Shown: piece after piece, positions 9,801 to 18,878 of the stretch
Layout: every line of letters begins with the position of its first letter
Numbering within the stretch: position 1 is the stretch's first letter
From: an uncultured virus (IMG/VR IMGVR_UViG_3300020056_000010)
Lineage: Duplodnaviria; Heunggongvirae; Uroviricota; Caudoviricetes
Direction: 5' to 3' (one strand)
Virus record (IMG/VR): IMGVR_UViG_3300020056_000010
DNA: 64,000 nucleotides
The notes under the pieces: generated by a model
What the model was told of the DNA's origin: nothing
Databases searched by the model: none
What the model saw: only the letters and a program-made list of their open reading frames with translations
Position numbers and translations under genes: made by a program

Positions 9801-12248
9801 TGTAACCTGCGAAATTACCATCTCATCAGCACCTACCTGAGGAGGAACTGGAGTAGCAGATTCTACGCCTTTTACAATCTTAATGCTACCAAATGAATCT
9901 ACAATAATACTGTCAACACGAGCAAGATATGTTTCAATGTCACCTGTTGCAACAGCATTCAAGCAAGGTTGTAGGTAATCCGTTCTTGAGAACTGAGGTG
10001 CTTGCTGACCAACAGTCTGAGTAATTGTTCCGGCAGATGCAGGAGTTGTATGACTATATTGAACAGCAGCATTTTTGTCTGCATGAGGTCTAAAGTCAAT
10101 GCATTCGCGCATGTTGTAAATCTTTTTATTGCCAGATGAGTATGTTGGAATTTGCCATGAACGACATTTATCATTTGGCAAAACAGCAGTCTCGTCGTCG
10201 ATAGGATAACTATCGATCGTAAAGAAGTATTTACCGCTGCCCGGATTCGGTTCGAAACATTTCATACGTACTGTAATCGTACCAGCATTTGGCTTTGGTC
10301 TGCCTGGAATATATTCCATATATGAGATATCATAGAAAGTATCTTTCTGGTTGATTCTCAATCTAAAGCTTTCACTGTAATCTGTTCCAGTGTTGTCAGT
10401 TACTTCTAGAATCTCATATACATCTGGGAAGCCAAGGCTGTACGTATTTACTACAGCCGAATAAGTGTTCTTTACATAAACATTGCGCACAAGTTTACCG
10501 AACGGTCTTGGATTCGCAGTATATCTTGTATTTACATATAGAGTACCGGCAGGATCTGAGTTGTCTGCAGGATCAAGGTTAACTGTGATCTCATTTAAGT
10601 TGACAGATCTTGAAAAACTTAATATATTAATCTTATCATTACCGGCATCGACAAACGTTAGGTCTGCCTGATCTGGTGAGAAGTCATCAGCTTGAATGTC
10701 GGAATCAGAAAGTGTAAATGAGTTTCCTGTAATACCAGCAACTGCTACAGATTCTCTCGTAGGAATAGTCATGTCAGTAATTGACTTAAGACTAAACTGC
10801 CCTGTGTCAAAAATAAACGGAGCATTTTTAACGTCTTGAAGTATTGAGTTGTTTGCAATAAAGATTGTGCCTGAATCGCCATTAATTCTATCCACATCTT
10901 TAAACGTGAAGTTTGAATTAGTCATCTTAATATTGCTTAGATATAGACGATTTTCTGTAATATTTCTTGCATATGCAGAACCAATAGGAGTACCAGCAGA
11001 GTTTTGCAATTGCATTGTATTCATACCAAGATCTACTGTACCGCTTAGATCTGTAATGTTAACATATCCACCATAATTGATTGAGATGCTTTGATTCTCA
11101 TGAACAACAGTATTTGCAATCTGATCAATAGTAAGCTCTTGGTCGCCTCTATGATCGATTCTAAATCCTTTTACGTAAGCAGAACCTTTTCCTATGATAG
11201 CTTTTAGATCATCGCCGCGTTTGTCTACAACAACATCCATTCTATCTACGATGTAGTTACCTGACTCTTCATATGTTCTACGAGCCAGTTCATCTCCCAA
11301 AGCATTGAATTGAGAAACGTCACGAATAGTAACAGCGTTACCGTTCTTATAGCGAACCAATGTAAAGAATGTTGCGTCTAGATCAGCAGATGAAGTTGTT
11401 TTAGTAACAAGCTTTGGAACAAGTTTAAGTCTATCTGCACCAGGAGCATTCTCGTTTGTAGATCCAGAAGCATTGTCATAAAGAGTGTTGTCTTGTTCTG
11501 GGCGAATAATACTTTCTTCAACTTCAAAACCAACTGAAACACCATCTGGATTATTGTCATATTTTGAAATAATCAGAGTTTGTTCGTCAGCAAAGAGGAA
11601 GTGACCTTTCTGGAAGATAACACCAGAAGCCGATTGCAAACCAAATGATTGTCCAACCGGAGTAGGCTTGTTCGTAACACTCAAACCAGTTACGTTTGTT
11701 AGAACTGTCGTGTCAACAAGAACAGAACCATTATATCTTTTCTTTGTAATTGTTAAAACTTCACCGGCAATGAATGTTTTAATCGGAGTATTTGTAGTTG
11801 TATCTACAGCGTTGTTATATGAGATAAAGAACGTGTTTAGGTTAGGAGGTCTTGTTTCAAAGCCTCTTTCTGACCAAATAATGTTTGCTGTAAGGCCGTT
11901 AGTTTGGCCTTCAATTTCATACACAACGTCTACTGTAGGATCACCAGCGAGGTCATCAGCCACCTCCTGGCTTGGTCTGTAAGTCTGGATATCAAAATTA
12001 TCTGGGTTATTTACTTTTACGAACTTTAGATCGCTAAGTTCTGTAAAGTTACAACCTTTAATAATGCTACCTTCTTTGTAAACATTATCGCCAAACTGCT
12101 CCACCTGATTTTGAAGGATTGTTTGAAGTTGCGTCAACTCACGAGCCTGAACTGCGTAAGCAGGTTTAAACAAGATCTTATAAAATTGTTTTTCTAAATC
12201 AAAATCATCAAAATATGGTGATATATTTAGATCTGTATTAATAGGCAT
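6843..12248 (-). CDS. Large virion structural protein, VrlC/DUF4815-like
   Basis: 1801 aa. N-terminus MPINTDLNISPYFDDFD...ILFKPAYAVQARELTQLQTILQNQ, plus LARRTYEESGNY and DPLAQTF motifs typical of this family in marine T4-like phages. Confidence 0.8.
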   Translation of the reverse strand: MPINTDLNISPYFDDFDLEKQFYKILFKPAYAVQARELTQLQTILQNQVEQFGDNVYKEGSIIKGCNFTELSDLKFVKVNNPDNFDIQTYRPSQEVADDLAGDPTVDVVYEIEGQTNGLTANIIWSERGFETRPPNLNTFFISYNNAVDTTTNTPIKTFIAGEVLTITKKRYNGSVLVDTTVLTNVTGLSVTNKPTPVGQSFGLQSASGVIFQKGHFLFADEQTLIISKYDNNPDGVSVGFEVEESIIRPEQDNTLYDNASGSTNENAPGADRLKLVPKLVTKTTSSADLDATFFTLVRYKNGNAVTIRDVSQFNALGDELARRTYEESGNYIVDRMDVVVDKRGDDLKAIIGKGSAYVKGFRIDHRGDQELTIDQIANTVVHENQSISINYGGYVNITDLSGTVDLGMNTMQLQNSAGTPIGSAYARNITENRLYLSNIKMTNSNFTFKDVDRINGDSGTIFIANNSILQDVKNAPFIFDTGQFSLKSITDMTIPTRESVAVAGITGNSFTLSDSDIQADDFSPDQADLTFVDAGNDKINILSFSRSVNLNEITVNLDPADNSDPAGTLYVNTRYTANPRPFGKLVRNVYVKNTYSAVVNTYSLGFPDVYEILEVTDNTGTDYSESFRLRINQKDTFYDISYMEYIPGRPKPNAGTITVRMKCFEPNPGSGKYFFTIDSYPIDDETAVLPNDKCRSWQIPTYSSGNKKIYNMRECIDFRPHADKNAAVQYSHTTPASAGTITQTVGQQAPQFSRTDYLQPCLNAVATGDIETYLARVDSIIVDSFGSIKIVKGVESATPVPPQVGADEMVISQVTIPGYPALSPNEAANQRKFEYAVSAKSKGTPRYRMRDIEKIEKRLEGLEYYISLSQLESSVENMTILDENGLTRFKNGYLVDPMNDSSLANLEDTDYKAAIHFNRKILTPAVKTFPMDLKYKTSTNATIFPNTADADVATLERNAHVELLNQPYATNFRNCVSNFWSFNGTAELFPSHDMVHDTVTNPTRLNIDLATPFTSFVEGLQRYIPLTDTQWGDVIGSTQIGNPNDWFPTPIQEGTVSTIAARENATIDQRVGDFVSNVQFMPFIRARDVNIFVSGLRPNTKHYFFFDGIDVNQDVAPGTAVNATRDIQAFGNKGADVLTDENGVLRAVFSIPEETFFVGERVLYIVDVDQYSSIASGSTSRATISYNSYNISIDAQSMTASTRTAEFFHNETTTTRNLPRRRRPRPDPPADPPGNGNGDPLAQTFFIKKGMGEGSNSVFVSKIDLYFKRKSETNGITVMLREVENGYPTNTILPFGKVHLLASEVNVSDTSDLVTTVTFPAPVRMDIEKEYCVVLMPDANDPNYLHFTSKVGGADLTSGSTNGQAVVQDWGDGVLFTSTNNRAWSAYQDEDIKFKLHRHDFNASVGSVTMTNDDHEFFTLSDWDGKFVQDEYVYQIKPKQGATVSGMTISGTTVTADSGVLGDTYAADDYVLMEDSGNVAKDIFRVVSVNSNTEMTVDKPAHFTVASGEPIVVGRVSYYDKLDRAELHLKGSSARTSRGFAAGSIIGLASGVTATIATIDDINLSYIQPIVMKANDSITRTQLKGTFVPPANTSTTYQLPMRFGDNNTFTQGVTLFSKSNDPSRSKPFDITVEMSNSSNSTSTPMVDMDLSAAIAYQYMTASTAADTSKYISKRIELAEDLDAEDMEIFVTGYRPPNTDIKVYIRPQNTYDAADFDTLPWIELELVEGVGVYCSAINQKDYREYKYKVADANKDANGVLEYTSTEGDFSGYRKFAIRIDLIADDLHQVPMVKDYRGIALT

Positions 12249-12260
12249 CTACTGGTTTCC

Positions 12261-13934
12261 TTAAAATTCTAGAACTAGTTTGTATTCTTCTCTGGAGGCC
12301 GGTGTTCTTTCTAACGCGATAAAGTCTTCCATGAAATATACTAATCCTGATCTTTGAGTATATGAAGATTCTACGACATTGTTTGCCTCTGGTGTATTTA
12401 TGGCTATTTTCTGTCCTGTTGGAATAACAAATTTCTTAGTGTAATCTAAAGAAATATCGTTATTTACAGTGTTAATGTAAGGTCCCATGTATTCTGACAA
12501 GAAAATAGTGTTTGAATCTGCATCTACTTCATGGACCTTTGCAGTAAATACAACTTCGTTATTCAAGTCTGTTTGAGTTATAATATCGTTTTGATTAACG
12601 AGTGCATAACCATCTGTTGTTACCGCGATTCTATTATCAAAAATTTCTGGTGTGCTGTTTGCTGGGAGTACATCGTTATTCGCGTCTCTAAACTCTGGAT
12701 TTTTTACAACACCAATGTATGAGAACGTGTTTGTTTGACCAATTTGATTGTTATCTGTCTCTGTAACATATGCATATAGCAAAATATGTCTGCAGTGCAT
12801 CTCGTCAATCAAATCGAAACCGTGTCCTCCAATAGGAGAAAGAACTGGTCTAAGTAAACAACGAACGTCAGTAGATCCAGCGGCGCCAGGATCGAACTCA
12901 TAAAGAGGATCTTTGATCTCTGCTTCAATTTGGTGATAACCACTACCAAAATCTAGAATAGTAACCGAAGAAATATTTCCTCCGACAACATTTGCTTTTG
13001 CAACTGCGCCAGATCCATCTCCTCTTATTACAACCTGAGGCTGAATAGAGAATGATGAGTTTGATGCAAAGTTATTTCCACCTACTGCAGAAAGGAAATC
13101 GCCATCACTGATTGTAACTCTACCAACAGCTTGACCGTCCGACGATTGAGAAATATATTGATAATCAGTAATAGTATACAAGCGTGATACACCGCCTGGA
13201 TCTGTACAATATAAAGACATTCCCACGTAGTAACCGTTTGTTTGACTTAGGTTAGCTGATCTTACTCTTACCTCACTGTTATTTGGAGGAGCAGACGCAA
13301 ATATACCGGATACGAAAGGATAGCCAGCATTCTCAATCGGGTTTGTTACAAAGATATCACTGATAGAAGAACCCGTAACTTCTACCTGAGTATTTGCTAA
13401 AGGATCTGAATCTGTAACACCAATAAGCGGAATATAACCAGAAGCATTGTAAGCTTCAAAATCAGATTCAGAAATCACAAACATAAACTTCCAGACATAT
13501 TTATCTGCAGTTCTATAGATTTGGTTTTCTGTTTGTGAGTTGTAGTTAGGTGGATTCAATGATGGAGAATCAAAATTATTAAACAAACACTTATAAACTC
13601 TATAGTCTCCAGTGTCATTATTGTTTGGACCAACTACAGCATAAAACTTTTTATCTTCTAGATCTACTGTATCGTCATATTGCACATATACTTGATCTTT
13701 TTGCCAAGCATGGTACTTAATCATATAGCGAATATCGTTAGGGAAGATCTTTTTACCAAACAGTGTTTTTTCTAAAAATAAATTTTTATTTTGAATAGAG
13801 TTAACAGCGCTCAGGCGTGTATTTGTCTCGGTTGTTACCGCCGAAACAAAAACATATAAATTATTATCTCTGACTTCTTTATCAAATAGACGTAAATTGT
13901 CAGCTTTTAATCTTGTGGTTACTACTTCGCCCAT
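12261..13934 (-). CDS. gp8: Baseplate wedge subunit gp8
   Basis: W...VYVQYDD, YRVYKCLFNN, TADKYVWKFMF motifs; C-terminal SGLVYFMEDFIALER...EEYKLVLEF. Confidence 0.8.
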   Translation of the reverse strand: MGEVVTTRLKADNLRLFDKEVRDNNLYVFVSAVTTETNTRLSAVNSIQNKNLFLEKTLFGKKIFPNDIRYMIKYHAWQKDQVYVQYDDTVDLEDKKFYAVVGPNNNDTGDYRVYKCLFNNFDSPSLNPPNYNSQTENQIYRTADKYVWKFMFVISESDFEAYNASGYIPLIGVTDSDPLANTQVEVTGSSISDIFVTNPIENAGYPFVSGIFASAPPNNSEVRVRSANLSQTNGYYVGMSLYCTDPGGVSRLYTITDYQYISQSSDGQAVGRVTISDGDFLSAVGGNNFASNSSFSIQPQVVIRGDGSGAVAKANVVGGNISSVTILDFGSGYHQIEAEIKDPLYEFDPGAAGSTDVRCLLRPVLSPIGGHGFDLIDEMHCRHILLYAYVTETDNNQIGQTNTFSYIGVVKNPEFRDANNDVLPANSTPEIFDNRIAVTTDGYALVNQNDIITQTDLNNEVVFTAKVHEVDADSNTIFLSEYMGPYINTVNNDISLDYTKKFVIPTGQKIAINTPEANNVVESSYTQRSGLVYFMEDFIALERTPASREEYKLVLEF

Positions 13935-13955
13935 ATCAATCTCGCTGTTTTACAA

Positions 13956-13963
13956 TATTTATA
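13956..13963 (-). promoter_or_regulatory. T4-type late promoter TATAAATA
   Basis: Exact octamer in the short intergenic gap upstream of gp8. Confidence 0.65.
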
Positions 13964-13970
13964 AACATTT

Positions 13971-15632
13971 CTAGCCTCTTCTTCTGATTCTAGGACGTGG
14001 ATAGACTCTTCCTGAAGAAGTTCTAGGTCTAAAATTTTTCTGTGGGAAGCTGGTGCCTGATTCTGGTCTTTGATTAAACCAACGAGCAAAAAGATTTGCA
14101 CCGCCTCTTAAACTTTGCCAATCTGTTGGGTCGTCAGTTCCAGAATCAAACATTTGATTCTCATTTGCATTATCTATAATCCATGCATGGGCTTCGGCTT
14201 GAGTCATATTGGGCCATGATTCTGCTAATATAGCAAGTATACCAGCAACCTGAGGTCCTGACATGCTTGTACCCTGATACTTGGCTAATCTATAACTAGA
14301 ATTTCTTGGATCAGTGGTTCCGCCACTATGCACTGAGCTTTGAATTGCTTCACCAGCACCGTAGACATCTACTTGATCTCCACAGTTACTAAACGTTGCT
14401 TTATCTTCATTATTATCGTTGCCTGTTGCTCCAACGACAATAACAGGAGCGTATCCAGCACCCGATCCTGTTCCTCTATTATAATAGAAGGCGTAAGTAA
14501 AGCCATAATAAGTTAAGTAGCAAAGATTATTATAGTCCTGATCTGTTGGAGTACAAATTTTCCAATATTCATTGCCAGCAGATGCTACAATAATAATTCC
14601 ATCATCTATCGCATCTTGAATGTCTGCTTGTCTTGATGTAAAATAGTTTGGAAACGCATATCCTGTTAATGAGCTATTACCAAAACCACGGGTGTTTAAT
14701 TCTGACAACGTCATGTCTCTGCCAGGATTAAAATCTGTACCACGGTAAATAGTTCTAGTTACATTACCAAAGTTGTTGTCTCCGGGAGTAATTGAAGATC
14801 CGTAACTATTATTTGTGATAGTAGGATTTTTTCTTCCAGTTGCGGCATTAATAGGCTTAGCGTTGTGCCATGCTCTAATATAATCCCAATAAGTAGATGA
14901 GCTGTAACCATTAGTATTCCAGTTTGGATTAGTAGAATATGGACTAAGATTATAAACATTAGCATCTCTAGCCCAGCCTTGAGTGTTTCCTGCTACTGTT
15001 CCGGCACAGTGACATCCATGATTGTTATCGTCTTCATCTATTGCATTTGTATAAGATCCAGAACGGTCATAAGTATAAGTTCCAGTACCAGATCCAATAT
15101 CGTTTTGGAACCAGTTATACTGTATCACTCTTGAACCGCCGGATCCATCTGGGTTTACTGCAAACTCTGGATGAGCAGGATCAATATGTCCATCTACAAT
15201 TACAACGTCAACGTGTTTCCCTGAAGCCGTAATAGTTAAATCTGAAGTGACTGTTGTTGTTCCACCATCACCCCAGTTGGCTCTATTAGATGTTTCTGAT
15301 TGACGAAGTAATCCCCAGTTAAGATGGCTTGCATTCGTAGACCAAGATTTACTGAACTGCCCGTTTGTAATAGTATAGGCTGGTCTTATCGTAATGTCAA
15401 CCAATTCTGCTAACTCAACATCCCAAACTCTATCATCAGCTTTTATAAGTTCAACTTCTGATCTAGTTAGCATGTAATGAGTGTTGCGAGAAATAGTTCT
15501 ACGTTTAGAAACTTCTACTTCTCTATCGGGAATGTACAGATTTCCGCCAGGAGTTTCCATATCATTATAGAAATCCTCTAGATCCTCTTTACGATGAAGA
15601 GTAACGATCCATTCTTGTTTTGGTTCTTCCAT
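13971..15632 (-). CDS. Subtilisin-like serine protease (peptidase S8)
   Basis: Catalytic triad motifs VDVVIVDG (Asp), HGCHCAGTVAG (His), GTSMSGPQVAG (Ser); oxyanion-hole motif ASAGN. Confidence 0.9.
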   Translation of the reverse strand: MEEPKQEWIVTLHRKEDLEDFYNDMETPGGNLYIPDREVEVSKRRTISRNTHYMLTRSEVELIKADDRVWDVELAELVDITIRPAYTITNGQFSKSWSTNASHLNWGLLRQSETSNRANWGDGGTTTVTSDLTITASGKHVDVVIVDGHIDPAHPEFAVNPDGSGGSRVIQYNWFQNDIGSGTGTYTYDRSGSYTNAIDEDDNNHGCHCAGTVAGNTQGWARDANVYNLSPYSTNPNWNTNGYSSSTYWDYIRAWHNAKPINAATGRKNPTITNNSYGSSITPGDNNFGNVTRTIYRGTDFNPGRDMTLSELNTRGFGNSSLTGYAFPNYFTSRQADIQDAIDDGIIIVASAGNEYWKICTPTDQDYNNLCYLTYYGFTYAFYYNRGTGSGAGYAPVIVVGATGNDNNEDKATFSNCGDQVDVYGAGEAIQSSVHSGGTTDPRNSSYRLAKYQGTSMSGPQVAGILAILAESWPNMTQAEAHAWIIDNANENQMFDSGTDDPTDWQSLRGGANLFARWFNQRPESGTSFPQKNFRPRTSSGRVYPRPRIRRRG

Positions 15633-16643
15633 TTATGCCTCCAGCTGGAGAACTGTTAACACAACTTGTACTGTTGATGTAGACCCAGATTTATTTGTTA
15701 CTCTTACTGGAATTGTTGTATCGGGCGTACTTTCGTTACTAAATCCTATAGTACCAGGAGAGATAACTACCGTTTGTGCGCCTGTTGTAATAACTTCAGC
15801 AATTACACCCGCGTCTGGCGCCGGGTCTGATGTTTCCGCTCTCCCAGCATCTGCTGTACGAGAAGCAGCATCAGTATAAATTCTTACCCAAGCTGCTCTG
15901 TCTGTTTCGATTTTTAATAGGGCATAGCCTTTGAAGCCAGTGATTTCTACGTCTGCAGAGGCTCCATCAGCCAAAGATGTAGAAGTACCTGTAGCAGCTG
16001 AACGAGTTTGTAGAGATGAACCACCACCTCCGCCACCGATCTCAGACTGATTAGCAATACCAACCCACGCGCCGTTATGTGCAAAATATGCTCTACCTTC
16101 TGCATGAACATGAGCAAACATACCGTGGTATGTTGTAGCATTTGGAAGTGCGTTTGTATCTGCGAAGTTGTTTGAGAAATAAATTGGACCAGTTGTTGTA
16201 ATGCTGTTTGTGCCCATATCGAGATTTACTGCTTGAACTGCACTAACTGCGTCAGAATCTGTATAGCTTGCCCCAGCCTGTTGAGCAACCCAGTCGTAAT
16301 CTGTACCATTCCACGAAAGTACTTCGTTCGTTGCTGCAGTACTTGTATTCAAGTGAGTGTCAATGCCAGCGTCATTGCCTGCTGACGCATCTACGAATGT
16401 AAAAGTACCCGCGCCGTCTGTTGATAGAACTTGTCCTGCAGTACCTTCACTAATACCAAGATCGAGTAATGTTGCAGGAATAGTTGGTTTGCCGGTTAAA
16501 CTTGCATAGGTCCCGTCAAACATGTTTGCGACGTTGGCGTAAAGCTCAACAAAGTTATCGTTAACTTTATCCATAGCATCGCGCAACGGATCTCCTGTTC
16601 CGTCGTTCGACGTTACGCCGATGTTAATATTTTGCCTTGCCAT
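15633..16643 (-). CDS. Baseplate/tail fibre connector with gp9/gp10-type N-terminus
   Basis: MARQNINIGVTSNDGTGDPLRDAMDKVNDNFVELY is the T4 gp9/gp10 N-terminal motif; fibre-type GTAGQVLSTDGAG repeat. Confidence 0.7.
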   Translation of the reverse strand: MARQNINIGVTSNDGTGDPLRDAMDKVNDNFVELYANVANMFDGTYASLTGKPTIPATLLDLGISEGTAGQVLSTDGAGTFTFVDASAGNDAGIDTHLNTSTAATNEVLSWNGTDYDWVAQQAGASYTDSDAVSAVQAVNLDMGTNSITTTGPIYFSNNFADTNALPNATTYHGMFAHVHAEGRAYFAHNGAWVGIANQSEIGGGGGGSSLQTRSAATGTSTSLADGASADVEITGFKGYALLKIETDRAAWVRIYTDAASRTADAGRAETSDPAPDAGVIAEVITTGAQTVVISPGTIGFSNESTPDTTIPVRVTNKSGSTSTVQVVLTVLQLEA

Positions 16644-16670
16644 TTCAGCTCCTAAGTTTTTAGTTATTTA

Positions 16671-18878
16671 TTATAATGCGTCAACCTTGAGGATGGTACT
16701 ATCTACTGTAATGTCTGTTTTATCAGAAGTTACTGCATAAGTATTCGCACTTTGTCCTGGTCCAACGACTGGTGGACCACCGACAACATAATCATCTTTA
16801 CGTGTTAATGAGAATTTAGATCCAATATTTGTTTCTACTTTTGTTTTATAAACGAATTTATTAAATGCTTTAGTACCTGCAGGGTGCACTGTTCTTTTGA
16901 GAATCTCATCATATTCAATTGGATCAACTACACCTTGAATCTCATAAGAGAATTCTTGGTAATAATCGTTATCTCTAATCTTATTTTCAGGCTTAATGTG
17001 TGAATTAAAGTTTCCATGATAACCTTCGGTCACACCCTGTTCTAGCGCGCTTAGAGTACCTTGTGCAACTACATCGTTGTTTGCATCTCTTAGATAAACA
17101 GTTTCTTGGTCAATATAACCAAAACCTGAATTAATTACTTTTACTTTATTAATGCGGCCAATTGAGAATTCAGTAAGAGTACTTACAAGAGCGTTTTCAC
17201 CGAACTTTCTAGTATCATAGTTTCTTTCTGCTGTAATTACATTGTATGAGTTACTTTCATGAACAATTGTCCCGGCTGTAAAGCCATAATAAGCATATGG
17301 TCTTACTTGTAAAACTTGGTTTGTAGAATCAAATCCTATAATCTCACCCGTTACTGTTCCTTGTGTAATTATATCGCCTTTATCAAAGTTAGCACTAAAT
17401 TCTGAAAGAACAAGGTTTTGATCGTGTCTTTCAAAAGCTTCCATTACTGGATCTCTCAAAATAGCAAACACGTCATTTTCATATGATGCACCCGGATTAA
17501 CATTAACAAGAGTTCTAACCTTACCGATATCAAACGGCGTAAGATCGAATGCCTCGTTGATAACAGAATCCAAGGCAGGAGTTGGATCAGCACCAGACAT
17601 AGGAACTAGAGCTGGTGGCACGGTACTATAATTTGTAGAGTTAATTGGAACATTTAAAAAGTTTCCAATAATATCTGTAATAAGCTCAACAGTTTCTATA
17701 TTACTTAAAGTAACTGTTACGTCATCAGGATCTCCAGTATCTGGGAATAGATCGCCCGGCGACGAACTATTTACTTCAGACAAAGAAAAATCTGCAGGTT
17801 GAAGAGTAATATTCGGTGTTCTATCGAGTGTTGAGATTGCTGTACCATCAAACTCGTTTCCAGCATTCATTTTAACGCCAACAGCAGCAGGGTTTTGTCC
17901 AGTTACAAAACCTTCGTTTCCACTCGCATCTCTGAGTCTTTCTTCAATAACGAAGTCTTGGTCTTCATTATCTAGAATAATAACCTGATCTGAAACGTGC
18001 AATCTTGTTTCAGCAGTCGAATAACCAAAACCACCATCTTCAATTGTATATGAGATCGTTCCCGTAAATTCATCTTGCAATTCTGTAACAATTGCTCTGC
18101 CACCTTTACCAAGAGAAGATGTAAAGTCAAAAATATCACCGATATTATTATCTGTAGTTCTAGGTGCAGTCTGATCAATATCAATAGAAGAAGCAGAGCC
18201 TTGTACCTGACCAAACTTAACATCAGTGCCGTCTACCCTTGTAATAATATCATCGAACTTAATAAACGTGCCTTTAACATCGTTAATATAAATTACAGGA
18301 ACAAGAGTTCTATTCAACATAATAAAGTTAATTTTATCAACAGCAGCTCGCGCACCAGAAATACTACCGATAATGTTCTTACCCGCTAGTGAATCATATT
18401 CGTATATAATAGCTGAATTTGCTGGTGATGGGAATTCAGCATTGTTTGGGAACAACTGAAGATATGTACCAGTTTTCCAAGAAGAATCAGAGGGTTTTAG
18501 AATATTAGATGCAGGATAATATATCTCTACATCTTCTTGAAAGAACATTCTAAAGAAAAGAACAATACCGCTCTCAGAACCTTTTCTTCTATAAAGGCTC
18601 ATAATATTTCTTACAATAAACTTGACCGTACCTACGTCATCAAGTGGCAGATCTGCAAGAAACTTTTTCTGAAAGAATATAATCATTTCAGATAGAGTTG
18701 TAGCAATGTCACGATATTCAAACAAACGTCTGTTATTATACACAGACATATTAGTTTGTGTTTCTAGAAACTTATAGTATTCTTCTACAAATTTTACAAG
18801 CTCGTGACCTTCATCCCTGTAAAGTGCAGGGAACTGCAGCTGAATCTGGTGAGCAATATTTTTCTCGATTTTCGCCAT
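16671..18878 (-). CDS. Baseplate wedge initiator, gp7-like
   Basis: YRRKGSESGIVLFFRMFF, DNDYYQEFSYEI and VHPAGTK motifs; follows gp6. Confidence 0.7.
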   Translation of the reverse strand: MAKIEKNIAHQIQLQFPALYRDEGHELVKFVEEYYKFLETQTNMSVYNNRRLFEYRDIATTLSEMIIFFQKKFLADLPLDDVGTVKFIVRNIMSLYRRKGSESGIVLFFRMFFQEDVEIYYPASNILKPSDSSWKTGTYLQLFPNNAEFPSPANSAIIYEYDSLAGKNIIGSISGARAAVDKINFIMLNRTLVPVIYINDVKGTFIKFDDIITRVDGTDVKFGQVQGSASSIDIDQTAPRTTDNNIGDIFDFTSSLGKGGRAIVTELQDEFTGTISYTIEDGGFGYSTAETRLHVSDQVIILDNEDQDFVIEERLRDASGNEGFVTGQNPAAVGVKMNAGNEFDGTAISTLDRTPNITLQPADFSLSEVNSSSPGDLFPDTGDPDDVTVTLSNIETVELITDIIGNFLNVPINSTNYSTVPPALVPMSGADPTPALDSVINEAFDLTPFDIGKVRTLVNVNPGASYENDVFAILRDPVMEAFERHDQNLVLSEFSANFDKGDIITQGTVTGEIIGFDSTNQVLQVRPYAYYGFTAGTIVHESNSYNVITAERNYDTRKFGENALVSTLTEFSIGRINKVKVINSGFGYIDQETVYLRDANNDVVAQGTLSALEQGVTEGYHGNFNSHIKPENKIRDNDYYQEFSYEIQGVVDPIEYDEILKRTVHPAGTKAFNKFVYKTKVETNIGSKFSLTRKDDYVVGGPPVVGPGQSANTYAVTSDKTDITVDSTILKVDAL

